Of a stretch of 64,000 nucleotides of DNA, positions 36,134 through 46,689 are shown piece after piece (positions within the stretch are counted from its first letter, which is position 1; every line of letters starts with the position of its first letter). The notes beneath the pieces are model-generated. The model did no database searches. It was not told where the DNA came from and worked only from the letters and a program-made list of their open reading frames with translations. The position numbers and the translations under genes are program-made. Source of the stretch: Desulfobacterales bacterium (lineage in GTDB: Bacteria > Desulfobacterota > Desulfobacteria > Desulfobacterales > UBA2174); assembly GCA_963668645.2 (NCBI GenBank), contig CAXXWC010000001.1:288001-352000 (forward strand), read 5' to 3'.

Positions 36134-37114
36134 TTACGGTTCGATCAGACGATCCGGAATCCGGGCACCGATCTCCTTGAAGTAGCGGATCGCTCCCGGA
36201 TGAAGCGGCGATGTGGCGTATTTCATGGTCATCTCGACAAAGTCCGCCCCCTTGACACTGGCCATGGCCGAGGCCTGCAAGGTCTTGTCTTCGCAGACCG
36301 CCTTGACAATCCGGTAGGCGACATCTTCATCCAGGTTCAGCGAGGCGCTGCAGCCGACGGCAAATCCCCATGTCGTGTAGGCGCCGATGTCCGGGCCGGC
36401 ACCGGCTGGCACATCGACAATGGACAGCTCGGGCAAGGCCTCCCTGATGCGACCGGCCTGATCCTTGTCCAGCGAGAGAATGGTGACGGGCGTAAAGGTG
36501 GAGATATCGCGGGATGAGGCATCGATCTTCATCCCGGCGCCGGACTTGACATATCCCCTGATGTGATTGTCCTTGACGGCGGTGACGATGTCGGTGGTCG
36601 AACCGCGCACGTAATCCGGTTGGATGCCGAGCACCTTGAATACGGCCTCGGTGGTCTTTTCCGAGGCGGATCCTTTCAGCCCCGGATTGAAACGCTGGCC
36701 CTCGAGTTCGGTAAGGCTGCTCAGTCCCGCATCCTTGCGTACAATGGCATTCTGGGGAGCGATGACGTAGACCCACAACAGCTTCGATTTGACCGCGCGT
36801 CCCTTGAAGCCCTCCTTTCCAAAGTAGGCCTGGGACAACACGTTGGTGGTGGCCAACCCGAGATCGATCTGATTGCGGGCGATGCGGCGCAGGTTATCCA
36901 CCGCGGCCCCGGTCTCGACTACCGAGGAATCTACGTCGGCCACTTTCTGGTTGATCACCTGTGAAACGGCGACAAAATAGCCGTAATGGCTCGAGGATGC
37001 CGATGTCGATCCGATGAGCAATTTTTGGGCTGCCATCGAGGGCCCGGCCAGGACGATTGCCAGCATGAAGACGGTCCACAGCGATAGATTGACGATCCCT
37101 TGCTTTCCTTTCAT
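36134..37114 (-). CDS. TAXI family TRAP solute-binding protein
   Basis: Signal peptide, ETGAAVDN, PLHPGAIRYFKE. Start moved to ATG 37114 (RBS GGAGGAGG). Confidence 0.92.
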   Translation of the reverse strand: MKGKQGIVNLSLWTVFMLAIVLAGPSMAAQKLLIGSTSASSSHYGYFVAVSQVINQKVADVDSSVVETGAAVDNLRRIARNQIDLGLATTNVLSQAYFGKEGFKGRAVKSKLLWVYVIAPQNAIVRKDAGLSSLTELEGQRFNPGLKGSASEKTTEAVFKVLGIQPDYVRGSTTDIVTAVKDNHIRGYVKSGAGMKIDASSRDISTFTPVTILSLDKDQAGRIREALPELSIVDVPAGAGPDIGAYTTWGFAVGCSASLNLDEDVAYRIVKAVCEDKTLQASAMASVKGADFVEMTMKYATSPLHPGAIRYFKEIGARIPDRLIEP

Positions 37115-37445
37115 GACCTCCTCCTCTCTTTTGTCCCTGCTGTTTTTTCTCCACTGAGCCGGCGGCAAGGACCGGCGCATCAACCTTTCAGGCGGGAAAC
37201 CCGCATCAAACAAGAACCGGCTACACTCCTCGGCCAATTGTTTTTGCCCTTGCTGACTTTCTGCCTCCTTTCCCGCTCGTTCACGCCCCTTTTTCGTTGC
37301 CTGGCCCTCTTATCGGCGGGGTGTGCGAGACGATCGTGGTGCCGATCATGAGCCCGAGGTGGAGAACGGCACAGCCTGGACCACTCGCTTTATGGATCGG
37401 CTCTGATCTTTGGCGGCCATCGTCCTCTTCCTCCCCTGCTATAAA

Positions 37446-37492
37446 ATTCCGTATATCGGAATATTTCTTTTATTTATTTCGTTTTTCGGAAT
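37446..37492. promoter_or_regulatory. Tandem palindromic operator, candidate IclR-family site
   Basis: ATTCCG-TATAT-CGGAAT (37446-37462) and ATTTCG-TTTTT-CGGAAT (37476-37492), 30 bp apart. Confidence 0.6.
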
Positions 37493-37521
37493 TCGATACC
37501 AACACAAAACCCGCATGTCAA
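37493..37521 (-). promoter_or_regulatory. Putative sigma70 promoter of the TAXI-TRAP operon
   Basis: Minus strand TTGACA-N17-TATCGA with a TG extension, abutting the operator. Confidence 0.5.
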
Positions 37522-37718
37522 GCATTTCTTTTGCCACCGCCTGACCGGTGTCGCCTCAGGCCGTATCGATAGACACATCCATTTGTTAACAAAGCGGATT
37601 TTGAGAAAATCACCCATCGATTGCCAGGCGGTGGCAGGGCTTTCCGGCAAGGGTCGCACGCGAAGAAGCGGCGCTTTTCATTTGAGCCGTTTCTCTGAAT
37701 GGGATATCATTGGCCACA

Positions 37719-38867
37719 ATGAATCCACGAACGGTCAACCAGGCGGTTGTTGTACTGCTGGTGGCGCTGATCTCGGCCATCTTCCTGGCCATGGTACGCC
37801 ACTTTCTCATGGCCTTGCTGCTCGCGGGCATCTTCTCGGCTCTGGCGCGGCCCGTCTACCGCCGCATCCAACGCTGGTGCGGCCAACGATCGAGTCTTGC
37901 CTCGGCGCTGACGCTGCTTCTAATGGTGCTGGTGGTGTTGCTGCCGTTGACAGCCCTGCTGGGCATCGTCACGGCCCAGGCCATTAAGGTCGGCCAGTCG
38001 GCCACCCCCTGGGTGCAACAGCAGATCCACCAGCCCGGTGCTTTTTCCGAGATGTTGCGCCACCTGCCCTTTTACGACCAGGCATCAGAGCTGATTCTGC
38101 CCTACCATGAAACCCTTTTGCGCAAGGCCGGCGAATTGGTCGGATCCCTGAGCCAGTTTCTGATCGGCGGTCTGCGCTCGGCCACCTTGGGTACGGCCAA
38201 CTTTTTGTTCATGCTCTTCGTGCTGCTTTACACCATGTTCTTCTTTCTAATTGACGGCGACCGGCTCCTGGCCAAGATTCTCTATTATCTGCCCCTCGAA
38301 GACCGGGATGAGCGGCGCATGCTCGACAAGTTCACCTCGGTCACCCGGGCCACCCTGAAGGGAACCGCGGTCATCGGCCTGCTCCAGGGCACTTTGGCCG
38401 GGACCGCCTTCTGGGCTGTGGGCATCCCCAGCGCCGTGTTCTGGGGCACGGTCATGGCGGTCCTGTCGATTATTCCCGGCATCGGTACCGGGCTGGTCTG
38501 GGCACCGGCGGCCCTGATCCTGGCCGCCAGCGGCAACTGGATCAAAGCCGCCGGATTGGCGGCCTTTTGCGGGCTGGTGGTGGGCAGCGTGGACAACTTC
38601 CTCAGACCCCGCCTGGTCGGCAAGGACACCCAGATGCACGAGCTGATGATCCTCTTTTCGACCTTGGGCGGAATCGCCATGTTCGGGGTTCTGGGGGTGA
38701 TCATCGGACCGATCATCGCGGCCCTTTTCGTCACCGTTTGGGAGATCTACGGCGTGGTTTTCGCCGATTTTCTACCCGCCGTCGGCAGCGGCGAAAAAGC
38801 CCACCAACCCGCATCACCCGATGCCGAGCCGGAACAAGACCCACCGTCAGACGCCGAGGCCCTGTGA
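37719..38867 (+). CDS. AI-2E family transporter
   Basis: FFFLIDG, TRATLKGT, SIIPGIG, DNFLRPRLVG, GVIIGP. Confidence 0.92.
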   Translation: MNPRTVNQAVVVLLVALISAIFLAMVRHFLMALLLAGIFSALARPVYRRIQRWCGQRSSLASALTLLLMVLVVLLPLTALLGIVTAQAIKVGQSATPWVQQQIHQPGAFSEMLRHLPFYDQASELILPYHETLLRKAGELVGSLSQFLIGGLRSATLGTANFLFMLFVLLYTMFFFLIDGDRLLAKILYYLPLEDRDERRMLDKFTSVTRATLKGTAVIGLLQGTLAGTAFWAVGIPSAVFWGTVMAVLSIIPGIGTGLVWAPAALILAASGNWIKAAGLAAFCGLVVGSVDNFLRPRLVGKDTQMHELMILFSTLGGIAMFGVLGVIIGPIIAALFVTVWEIYGVVFADFLPAVGSGEKAHQPASPDAEPEQDPPSDAEAL

Positions 38868-39064
38868 ATCTTCGCTTGCCGCTGCCCGGCAGCCCCTTGC
38901 ACAGAATCGTCAGGTGTGGCAAAAGAGCCGGTATCTCAATCTCGCCTTGCAGTAGGAACCACGCATTTTTACGGACTCATTGAACCGGTAAGTAAACCGG
39001 AAGATCGAAGGAGAATTTAGCCCGGACAACCGGCCGGCCGGTCGCAACCCGTTCCCCAAAGGAG

Positions 39065-41023
39065 ATGAAGATGACGCAACCCCTGTGGCAGCCTTCGCTT
39101 CAACAGATCGAGCAGGCCAACCTGACGCGCTTCATCGGCTATGTCAACGGCCGTTATGGCAAGGATTTTAAGGACTACCGGGATCTTTACGGCTGGTCGG
39201 TCAGCGAAATTGCAGATTTTTGGGCCGCACTGTGGGATTTTTTGCCGATTCTTCACTCCCGCGGCTACGACCAGGTGGTGGACGATCCGTACCGCATGCC
39301 TGGCGTCCGATGGTTTGCCGGTGCCGAACTGAACTTCGCCCAAAACCTGATGCGCTACGAAGATGATGGCACGGCGCTGGTGTTCAAGAGTGAAGCCAAA
39401 CCGGCAGTGAGGCTCAGCTATGCCCAATTGCACCGGCAGGTCGGACGCCTGGCCGCAGCCCTGCAAGGGGCCGGGGTGGTCAGGGGGGACCGGGTCGCCG
39501 GATTCATGCCCAACATGATCGAAACCGTCGTGGCCATGCTGGCCACGGCCCGTTTGGGGGCTGTCTGGTCATCCTGCTCGCCGGATTTCGGCATCAAGGG
39601 CGTGCTGGATCGCTTCGGGCAGATCATGCCAACGGTTTTGTTTACCGCCGACGGCTACTATTATAACGGCAAGTCTTTCGACAGCCTGGACCGCATAGCG
39701 GACATCATCGGCCAACTGCCCGCCACCCGAAAGGTCGTGGTGGTTCCCTACATCGAAGCCAAGCCGGATATCCACCGGGTCCCGGGCGCGGTTCTGTGGG
39801 ATGATTTCATGGCCGGGGCCGGCCCTCAGGTGCCCGAGTTTGCCCAGGTGCCTTTCGGCCACCCGCTTTACATCATGTATTCATCGGGGACCACCGGCAA
39901 ACCCAAGTGCATGGTTCAAAGTGCCGGCGGGATTCTGATCAATCAGATGAAAGAGCACGTTTTACATGTGGATCTGAAGCGAACGGACCGGATCTTTTAC
40001 TATACCACCTGCGGTTGGATGATGTGGAACTGGCTCGTTTGCAGCCTGGCGGTGGGCGCCACGGCCGTACTCTACGACGGCTCGCCCTTCCATCCGGACG
40101 GCAACGTGCTCTGGCAGCTGGCCGAATCCGAACGGGTGACGGTTTTCGGCACCAGCGCCCGTTACATCACCGCCCTTGAACAGAGCGGGGTCCGCCCCGG
40201 CGCCCACTTCGACCTCTCGGCCTTGAGGGCCGTGCTTTCCACCGGTTCTCCGCTGCCGGCCGACGGTTTCGCTTACGCATACAGGGAAATCAAGTCCGAC
40301 CTGCAGCTCGCCTCCATCTCGGGAGGCACGGACATCAACGGCTGTTTTGCCGGCGGCAATCCCATCGGCCCCGTATACCCCGGGCAGCTCCAATGCCGGC
40401 AGCTCGGCATGAAGGTGGCCGCCTACGACGACAACGGCCGCGCCGTGGTGGGCCAGACAGGAGAGCTGGTTTGCGAGGCGGCTTCTCCCTCGATGCCGAT
40501 CTATTTCTGGGATGACCCGCAGGGTGAAAAATACCGCAAGGCGTACTTCGACAAGTATCCGGGCATCTGGTGCCACGGCGATTTTATCCAGATCACGCCC
40601 CAAGACGGGGTCATCATTTACGGCCGCTCGGATGCCACCCTCAATCCGGGCGGGGTGCGCATCGGCACGGCGGACATCTATTCGGTGGTCGAAACCCTGC
40701 CCGAAATCGACGACAGCCTGGTGGTGGGTCAAGATTGGCAAAACGACGTGCGCATCGTGCTCTTCGTCAAGCTGGCCGAAGGGCATACGTTGAACGAAGC
40801 CCTGGAGGCCAGGATCCGCAAGGCGATCCGCACCCAGACTACGCCGCGCCACGTGCCGGCCAAAATAATCCCGGTGGACGATGTGCCTTACACCATCAAC
40901 ATGAAAAAGGTAGAATTGGCGGTACGCAACGTCATCCACGGCAGACCGGTAACCAACAAGGACGCCTTGGCCAATCCGAGAGCCCTGGACCTGTATGCCG
41001 ATCTGCCAGAACTGAAGATTTAA
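39065..41023 (+). CDS. Acetoacetate--CoA ligase
   Basis: WSSCSPDFG, YSSGTTGKPKC, TTCGWMMWNWL, SISGGTD, GRSDATLNPGGVRIGTA. Confidence 0.95.
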   Translation: MKMTQPLWQPSLQQIEQANLTRFIGYVNGRYGKDFKDYRDLYGWSVSEIADFWAALWDFLPILHSRGYDQVVDDPYRMPGVRWFAGAELNFAQNLMRYEDDGTALVFKSEAKPAVRLSYAQLHRQVGRLAAALQGAGVVRGDRVAGFMPNMIETVVAMLATARLGAVWSSCSPDFGIKGVLDRFGQIMPTVLFTADGYYYNGKSFDSLDRIADIIGQLPATRKVVVVPYIEAKPDIHRVPGAVLWDDFMAGAGPQVPEFAQVPFGHPLYIMYSSGTTGKPKCMVQSAGGILINQMKEHVLHVDLKRTDRIFYYTTCGWMMWNWLVCSLAVGATAVLYDGSPFHPDGNVLWQLAESERVTVFGTSARYITALEQSGVRPGAHFDLSALRAVLSTGSPLPADGFAYAYREIKSDLQLASISGGTDINGCFAGGNPIGPVYPGQLQCRQLGMKVAAYDDNGRAVVGQTGELVCEAASPSMPIYFWDDPQGEKYRKAYFDKYPGIWCHGDFIQITPQDGVIIYGRSDATLNPGGVRIGTADIYSVVETLPEIDDSLVVGQDWQNDVRIVLFVKLAEGHTLNEALEARIRKAIRTQTTPRHVPAKIIPVDDVPYTINMKKVELAVRNVIHGRPVTNKDALANPRALDLYADLPELKI

Positions 41024-41037
41024 CGACAAGGATCCTC

Positions 41038-41490
41038 ATGGCATTTCATCTCCACGACTGGCACTGGCTGGTGCTCGGCATGCTGCTGATCATCGCCGAA
41101 CTTTTCTTGCCCAGTTTCACCATTTTCTGGTTCGGACTGGGCGCCCTGGTCGTGGCCGCAGGCCTCTTTCTGGCCCCGGGCATGCCCCTGAGCACCCAGA
41201 TTTTTATCTGGGCCTGCGCCTCGGCGGTGTTTACCTTTCTCTGGTTCCGCCTGATCCGCCCGCGCATGAAAGACCGCACCAAGGCCGGAATCAGCCGCGA
41301 AGCGGTGCTGGGCGAAAGCGGCCAGGTGATCCGGACCCCGGAAGAAAACCGCCGCGGCACGGTACGCTTCGCCACCCCGCTGCTGGGGGCCGATGAGTGG
41401 CCCTTTATCTGCGAAGAATCCGTGGCAACCGGCGATCGGGTTTTCGTGCGCGACATTTCGGGGAACACCCTAATTGTGGAAAAACGCTGA
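41038..41490 (+). CDS. NfeD family protein
   Basis: WHWLVLG..LIIAE, FWFGLGA, C-terminal OB-like region; immediately upstream of an SPFH gene. Confidence 0.88.
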   Translation: MAFHLHDWHWLVLGMLLIIAELFLPSFTIFWFGLGALVVAAGLFLAPGMPLSTQIFIWACASAVFTFLWFRLIRPRMKDRTKAGISREAVLGESGQVIRTPEENRRGTVRFATPLLGADEWPFICEESVATGDRVFVRDISGNTLIVEKR

Positions 41491-41556
41491 AGGACTTGCC
41501 GGGTGCAACATGCGGCGGTAAATTAATGCTGGATTCAACCAAAAGGCAGGTAGTCC

Positions 41557-42414
41557 ATGAACGGTCTGATCGTTGTAACCGTGTTCTTCATTCTGGTGGT
41601 TGTGACCATCTTCCTCGGGGTGCGCATCGTGCCCCAGGGCAGCAAACATGTGGTCCAGCGTTTAGGCAAATACAGCAAAACCCTGGGCCCGGGGCTGAAC
41701 CTGATCATTCCCTATGTTGACACCGTGGCCTACAAGGTAACCACCAAGGATATCGTTCTGGACATCCCCAGCCAGGAGGTCATCACCCGGGACAATGCCG
41801 TCATGGTCGTCAACGCGGTGGCCTATATCAACATCGTCTCGCCGGAAAAGGCGGTCTACGGGGTGGAAGACTACAATATCGCCATCCAGAATCTCGTCCA
41901 GACTTCCCTGCGCTCCATCGTCGGTGAGATGGATCTCGACGATGCGCTTTCATCCCGTGACCAGATCAAGGCCAAACTCAAAGCGGCCATTTCCGATGAC
42001 ATCGCCGACTGGGGCATCACGTTGAAAACCGTCGAAATTCAGGATATCAATCCCTCCCAGACCATGCAAAAGGCCATGGAGGAGCAGGCTGCGGCCGAAC
42101 GGGCGCGGCGGGCCACCGTGACCCGGGCCGACGGGGAAAAGGCCGCCGCCATCCTCGAGGCCGAAGGCCGCATGGAAGCGGCCAAGCGCGACGCCCAGGC
42201 CAAAGTGCTGCTGGCCGAAGGCACCCAGCGTGCCATCAGCAAGATCACCGAGGCCATCGGCGCGAACGACCTGCCGGTGATGTACCTATTGGGAGAGAAA
42301 TACGTCGAGGCGGTCCGCGCCATGGCGGTTTCGAATAACGCCAAAATCGTCCTGCTGCCCGGGGATCTGCCCCAGGCCGTCGGCACGGTGCTGGGCACAA
42401 TGGGAAGGAAGTAG
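41557..42414 (+). CDS. SPFH/stomatin-like protein
   Basis: QRLGKY, SQEVITRDNA, SLRSIVGEMDLDDALSSRD, WGI..VEIQDI. Confidence 0.95.
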   Translation: MNGLIVVTVFFILVVVTIFLGVRIVPQGSKHVVQRLGKYSKTLGPGLNLIIPYVDTVAYKVTTKDIVLDIPSQEVITRDNAVMVVNAVAYINIVSPEKAVYGVEDYNIAIQNLVQTSLRSIVGEMDLDDALSSRDQIKAKLKAAISDDIADWGITLKTVEIQDINPSQTMQKAMEEQAAAERARRATVTRADGEKAAAILEAEGRMEAAKRDAQAKVLLAEGTQRAISKITEAIGANDLPVMYLLGEKYVEAVRAMAVSNNAKIVLLPGDLPQAVGTVLGTMGRK

Positions 42415-42433
42415 CCGGAAAGGAACACATTCC

Positions 42434-42850
42434 ATGAGCAGTGAACAGTGGACCGGCCGCCGCAAGAAAGGCGGCGATATGGCCAAGCTGGACCGGGTAA
42501 TCGCCGAGGCGCGCCGCTCGCGCAGCGAGCGCGAAGGCGGCTACCGGGAGCAGTCGCTCAAGATTCATCCCTGGGTCTGCGCCCGCTGCGGCCGGGAGTT
42601 CGACCGCACCAACCTGCAAGAGTTGACCGTTCACCACAAGGACCATAACCACGACAACAATCCCGCCGATGGCAGCAACTGGGAAAATCTTTGCATCTAT
42701 TGTCACGAAAATGAACATCGCCGCTACCTCGACCATCTGGCCGGCGGGCAAACGGATACCCAGGATGAGGCGAACCGCCTGACCCACAATCCGTTTGCCG
42801 GCCTGGCGGCCCTTCTGGCAAAGAAGACCGATCCGGACAATGCCCGGTGA
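42434..42850 (+). CDS. yajD: YajD family HNH nuclease
   Basis: GYREQSLKIHPWVCARCGREF, TVHHKDHNHDNNPADGSNWENLCIYCHENEH, THNPFAGL. Start may be 42479. Confidence 0.9.
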   Translation: MSSEQWTGRRKKGGDMAKLDRVIAEARRSRSEREGGYREQSLKIHPWVCARCGREFDRTNLQELTVHHKDHNHDNNPADGSNWENLCIYCHENEHRRYLDHLAGGQTDTQDEANRLTHNPFAGLAALLAKKTDPDNAR

Positions 42851-43111
42851 CCCGCCGGGTCCGAGCACGGCATTCGCCTCTGGATTTGTGGCCTGCAGAA
42901 AATATCCGCAGACGAAAAGATGGGAGCGCCTTCCGGGCGCGTTCTTTAAATCTTAACCCGGCGGTTTTTCACCCACTTTACAACCTACCGTTTTCGCGAA
43001 TATTATTTACACTTAAAAAAATTGTGATTATTTTTTGATTGAATTTTTCCCCCGATTCCGATAAAGGCAGATCTTTGATCGACAGCAAAACAATACTGGG
43101 AGACACAACTT

Positions 43112-43663
43112 ATGATCGAGATTCGCTTGCACGGCAGAGGCGGGCAGGGTGCTGTCACATCGGCCGAGTTGCTGGCCCAGGCGGCCATCCAGGGTGGTAA
43201 ATATGCCCAAGCATTTCCGAGTTTTGGGCCGGAGCGGCGCGGTGCACCGGTGGTGGCTTTCTGTCGCATCAGCGACGAACCGATCCGGCTGCGCACCAAC
43301 ATCTACACCCCCGACCTGGTCCTGGTCCTCGATCCGTCGATCCTGCGGCTGGTCAAGGTCGGTGCCGGCCTCAAGCCGGACGGGATACTGGTGACCAACA
43401 CCAAGTACAGCGCGCTGGAGCTGCGCAAGGAATTAGGTATCACCCACAGCCTGGTGACGGTCAATGCCACGCAAATCGCCCAGGATGAATTGGGACTGCC
43501 CATTACCAACACCACCATGCTCGGAGCGCTGCTCAAAGCCAGGCAAGTCGTGCCGGTCCAATCCCTGATCGGACCGCTGGAAAACCGCTTCGGGCGCATC
43601 GCGGCCAAGAACATCAAGGCGTTTCAGCGCGCTTATGCCGAGGCTGAAATCGATCATCCCTGA
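43112..43663 (+). CDS. porC: Pyruvate/2-oxoacid:ferredoxin oxidoreductase gamma subunit
   Basis: EIRLHGRGGQGAVT, FPSFGPERRGAPV, NTTMLGA. Confidence 0.93.
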   Translation: MIEIRLHGRGGQGAVTSAELLAQAAIQGGKYAQAFPSFGPERRGAPVVAFCRISDEPIRLRTNIYTPDLVLVLDPSILRLVKVGAGLKPDGILVTNTKYSALELRKELGITHSLVTVNATQIAQDELGLPITNTTMLGALLKARQVVPVQSLIGPLENRFGRIAAKNIKAFQRAYAEAEIDHP

Positions 43664-43710
43664 TCCGGGCCGGGCCGCGGCCATCATCGTTTTGAAAAAG
43701 GAGACCTTCC

Positions 43711-44001
43711 GTGAAATCAGAGGAAGCGCTGAGTTGGAAAGACCTGGAGGTCGGATGCGTCGTCAGCGAACCGGGCAATGCCAGTCAATACCGCACCGGG
43801 GACTGGCGCTCCATGCGGCCGGTGGTCAACCGTGATCACTGCGTCCGTTGCGGCGTCTGCTACATTTTCTGCCCGGACATGGCCATCCGCAAGACGCCGG
43901 AGAGCTACTTTGAGGCGGATTTATACTACTGCAAGGGATGCGGCATCTGTGCGCAGGAGTGCATCACCGGGTGCATCTCGATGGTGCCGGAGGAAGAATA
44001 A
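43711..44001 (+). CDS. porD: Pyruvate/2-oxoacid:ferredoxin oxidoreductase delta subunit
   Basis: TGDWRSMRP, CVRCGVCYIFCP, CKGCGICAQEC. Confidence 0.93.
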   Translation: MKSEEALSWKDLEVGCVVSEPGNASQYRTGDWRSMRPVVNRDHCVRCGVCYIFCPDMAIRKTPESYFEADLYYCKGCGICAQECITGCISMVPEEE

Positions 44002-45179
44002 TGGGAAAAAGAACCGGAATCGAGGTGTCCATAGCGGCGGCCGAGGCGGTCAGCAGCGCCAACGTGGATGTGATCGCAGCCTACCCCATCACCCCTCAGA
44101 CCCACATCGTGGAGCACCTTTCCGAGTTGGTCAACAACGGTGAGCTGGACGCCGAGTTCATCCCGGTCGAGTCCGAGCACTCGGCCATGAGCGTCTGCTG
44201 CGGATCATCGGCAGCCGGGGCGCGCACCTTCACCTGCACCAGCTCCCAGGGTTTGGCCCTGATGAACGAAATCGTTTTCATCGCCGCCACCCTGCGTCTG
44301 CCCATCGTCATGATCCTGGCCAACCGCAGCCTTTCCGGCCCCTTGAGCATCTGGAACGATCATACGGATGTCATGTCGATCCGCGACTGCGGCTGGATCC
44401 AGGTCTTTGCCGAAAATGGCCAGGAAGTCTATGACCATGTGATGTTCGCCTTCAAGGTGGCCGAAAACCCCAAGGTCTCGATGCCCGTGATCCTCAACAT
44501 GGACGGCTTCATCCTGACCCACGTCATCGAGCCCATCGAGTTCTGGGAGCCCGAGCAGGTGAGCCGCTATCTGCCGCCTTTCCAGCCGGTGAACGCCCTG
44601 GATCCGGACCGGCCCACCACGGTGGGCGCCTTCGGCATGCCGGGCATTTACACCGAGGCCAAAAAGGCGCAGGACATGGCCCTGATCGAGGCCAAGCCGG
44701 AAATCATCAAGGCTTGGGAAGAACTCGGGGAGGTCACCGGTCGCCATTACCAGCCGGTGGAGACCTACCAGGCCGAGGGGGCTGAAACCCTCTTTCTGAC
44801 TATGGGCAGCATCGGCCAGACCGTGGCCATGGCCATCGAGTCTTTACGCGACCAGGGCGAGGCGGTGGGCCTGATCAAGCTGCGTTTGTGGCGCCCCTTT
44901 CCTTTCGAGGAACTGCGCCAGGCGGTGGGCAGCGCCAAGCGGATCATCGTCATCGACCGCGCCATCTCCTACGGTGGAACGGGTGGACCGGTGGCCAGTG
45001 AGATCCGCGCCGCCTTTTACGGCGAGGAGAACATGCCGGTGGTGACCAATTTCATTTGCGGCCTGGCCGGACGGGACGTGACCCCCGACGACTACATCGC
45101 CATGTACCAGCGTACCTGCCAGATGGTCCAGGACCGGGTCCGCCAGGAAGATTATGTCATGTACGGCGTCCGCGAATAA
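44001..45179 (+). CDS. porA: Pyruvate/2-oxoacid:ferredoxin oxidoreductase alpha subunit
   Basis: AYPITPQT, VESEHSAMS, TSSQGL, SIWNDHTD, RLWRPFP. ATG at 44001 overlaps the porD stop. Confidence 0.93.
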   Translation: MGKRTGIEVSIAAAEAVSSANVDVIAAYPITPQTHIVEHLSELVNNGELDAEFIPVESEHSAMSVCCGSSAAGARTFTCTSSQGLALMNEIVFIAATLRLPIVMILANRSLSGPLSIWNDHTDVMSIRDCGWIQVFAENGQEVYDHVMFAFKVAENPKVSMPVILNMDGFILTHVIEPIEFWEPEQVSRYLPPFQPVNALDPDRPTTVGAFGMPGIYTEAKKAQDMALIEAKPEIIKAWEELGEVTGRHYQPVETYQAEGAETLFLTMGSIGQTVAMAIESLRDQGEAVGLIKLRLWRPFPFEELRQAVGSAKRIIVIDRAISYGGTGGPVASEIRAAFYGEENMPVVTNFICGLAGRDVTPDDYIAMYQRTCQMVQDRVRQEDYVMYGVRE

Positions 45180-45233
45180 CCGGATCCGCCCTCTTTTTGG
45201 TTCGCATCCGGCTGAAAAAACGGAGATCGACAC

Positions 45234-46163
45234 ATGGAAGCTTTGAATGTATATGCCGCGCGCCTGCTGGAGAAAAACGAATATTTCAGTCCCGGCCATC
45301 GCGCCTGCCAGGGGTGTGCCGAGGCCCTGGCCGTACGCCTGGTGGCCAAGGCCCTGGGCCGCAACGCGGTAGTGGCCAGCGCCACTGGTTGCATGGAGAT
45401 CATCTCGTCTCCCCTTCCCTTCACCAATTGGCAGGTCCCCTGGATCCACGTGGCCTTTGAAAACGCCGCGGCCGTTTTGTCGGGGGTCGAATCGGCTTTC
45501 AAAGCCCTGGCACGCAAGGGACGCATCAAGGATCGGGGCACGGTCTTTCTCGGCATGGGCGGCGACGGCGCCACCACCGACATCGGGTTCCAGGCCCTTT
45601 CGGGCGCCTTCGAGCGGGGCCATGACTTCGTCTACGTCTGCTACGACAACGAAGCCTACATGAACACCGGAATCCAGCGCTCTTCGTCCACCCCCTTCGG
45701 CGCCAGCACCACCACATCCCCGGCCGGCAAGAAGATCGCCGGCCAGGTGACGTGGAAAAAGAACATGGCCGAGATCGCCGTGGCGCATAACGTCCCTTAT
45801 GTGGCCACGGCCTGCGCCAGCTACCCCTTCGACCTGATGGAAAAGATCCAGAAAGCGGCCAGCACCCCGGGCCCGGCCTACGTTCATATTCTTTCGGTCT
45901 GCCCCACCGGGTGGCGCGTGCCGCCCAACAAGGCCATCTGGATCGGCCGCCTGGCGGTGGAAACCGGCGTCTTTCCCATCTACGAGGTGGTCGACGGCCG
46001 CTACCGCATCACAGTCGATGTCCCCGAACTGCGCCCGGTGGAAGAGTACCTCAAGCCGCAGGGGCGCTTCAGGCATTTGACCCCGGACCTGACCGCCCAG
46101 ATCCAGCAGCGGGTCACCAAGGAATACAAGAAGCTGGTGGCCAAGACAAAGTTTACCTACTAG
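45234..46163 (+). CDS. porB: Pyruvate/2-oxoacid:ferredoxin oxidoreductase beta subunit
   Basis: GHRACQGC, ATGCME, GGDG, YDNEAYMNTGIQRS, CPTGW. Confidence 0.93.
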   Translation: MEALNVYAARLLEKNEYFSPGHRACQGCAEALAVRLVAKALGRNAVVASATGCMEIISSPLPFTNWQVPWIHVAFENAAAVLSGVESAFKALARKGRIKDRGTVFLGMGGDGATTDIGFQALSGAFERGHDFVYVCYDNEAYMNTGIQRSSSTPFGASTTTSPAGKKIAGQVTWKKNMAEIAVAHNVPYVATACASYPFDLMEKIQKAASTPGPAYVHILSVCPTGWRVPPNKAIWIGRLAVETGVFPIYEVVDGRYRITVDVPELRPVEEYLKPQGRFRHLTPDLTAQIQQRVTKEYKKLVAKTKFTY

Positions 46164-46209
46164 CCCGCCGTAAGAAACGGCCGGGGCTATTTTCCCGAGG
46201 GTGCAACGT

Positions 46210-46689
46210 ATGGAAGCCAAAATCGCCCAGATCGTCAGCAAGTATCAATCCAACCCGGGCTTTCTGGTCCCGATCCTCCAGGACGTGCAAAAGACGTTCA
46301 ATTACCTGCCGTGCGAAGCGCTCCAGGAGGTCGGCACGCAACTTGACATTCCCATCAGCCGTATTTTCGAGGTCGCCACCTTTTACAAGGCCTTCAGTCT
46401 CACCCCCCGCGGCCGTCATCAGATAAGCCTATGCATGGGGACCGCCTGCCATGTGCGCGGGGCCGCCATGATCGGCGACGGCATCGAGCGGGTCCTTGAT
46501 ATCAAGGCCGGCCAGACCACTGCGGACCTGGAATTCACCTTCGAGACGGTCAACTGCCTGGGCGCCTGCGCCCTGGGACCGGTCCTGGTCGTGGACGAGG
46601 AATATCACGGACAAATGACCCTGGCCAAGGCCAATAAGATCCTCAAACAGCTGGGGAAAAAGGTAGTCAGCGATGAAGAAGAAGATTGA
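46210..46689 (+). CDS. NuoE/HydC-like [2Fe-2S] subunit
   Basis: VATFY, CMGTACHVRG, VNCLGACALGP. Confidence 0.92.
   Translation: MEAKIAQIVSKYQSNPGFLVPILQDVQKTFNYLPCEALQEVGTQLDIPISRIFEVATFYKAFSLTPRGRHQISLCMGTACHVRGAAMIGDGIERVLDIKAGQTTADLEFTFETVNCLGACALGPVLVVDEEYHGQMTLAKANKILKQLGKKVVSDEEED

Noticed and set aside
41038..42850. NfeD-SPFH-HNH as a defence system
   Set aside because: NfeD/stomatin pairs and YajD are widespread ordinary genes, and nothing here indicates a dedicated system.
42990..43050. Rex operator upstream of the por operon
   Set aside because: TTGTGA and TTCGCGAA half-sites are present but there is no properly spaced TCACAA partner.
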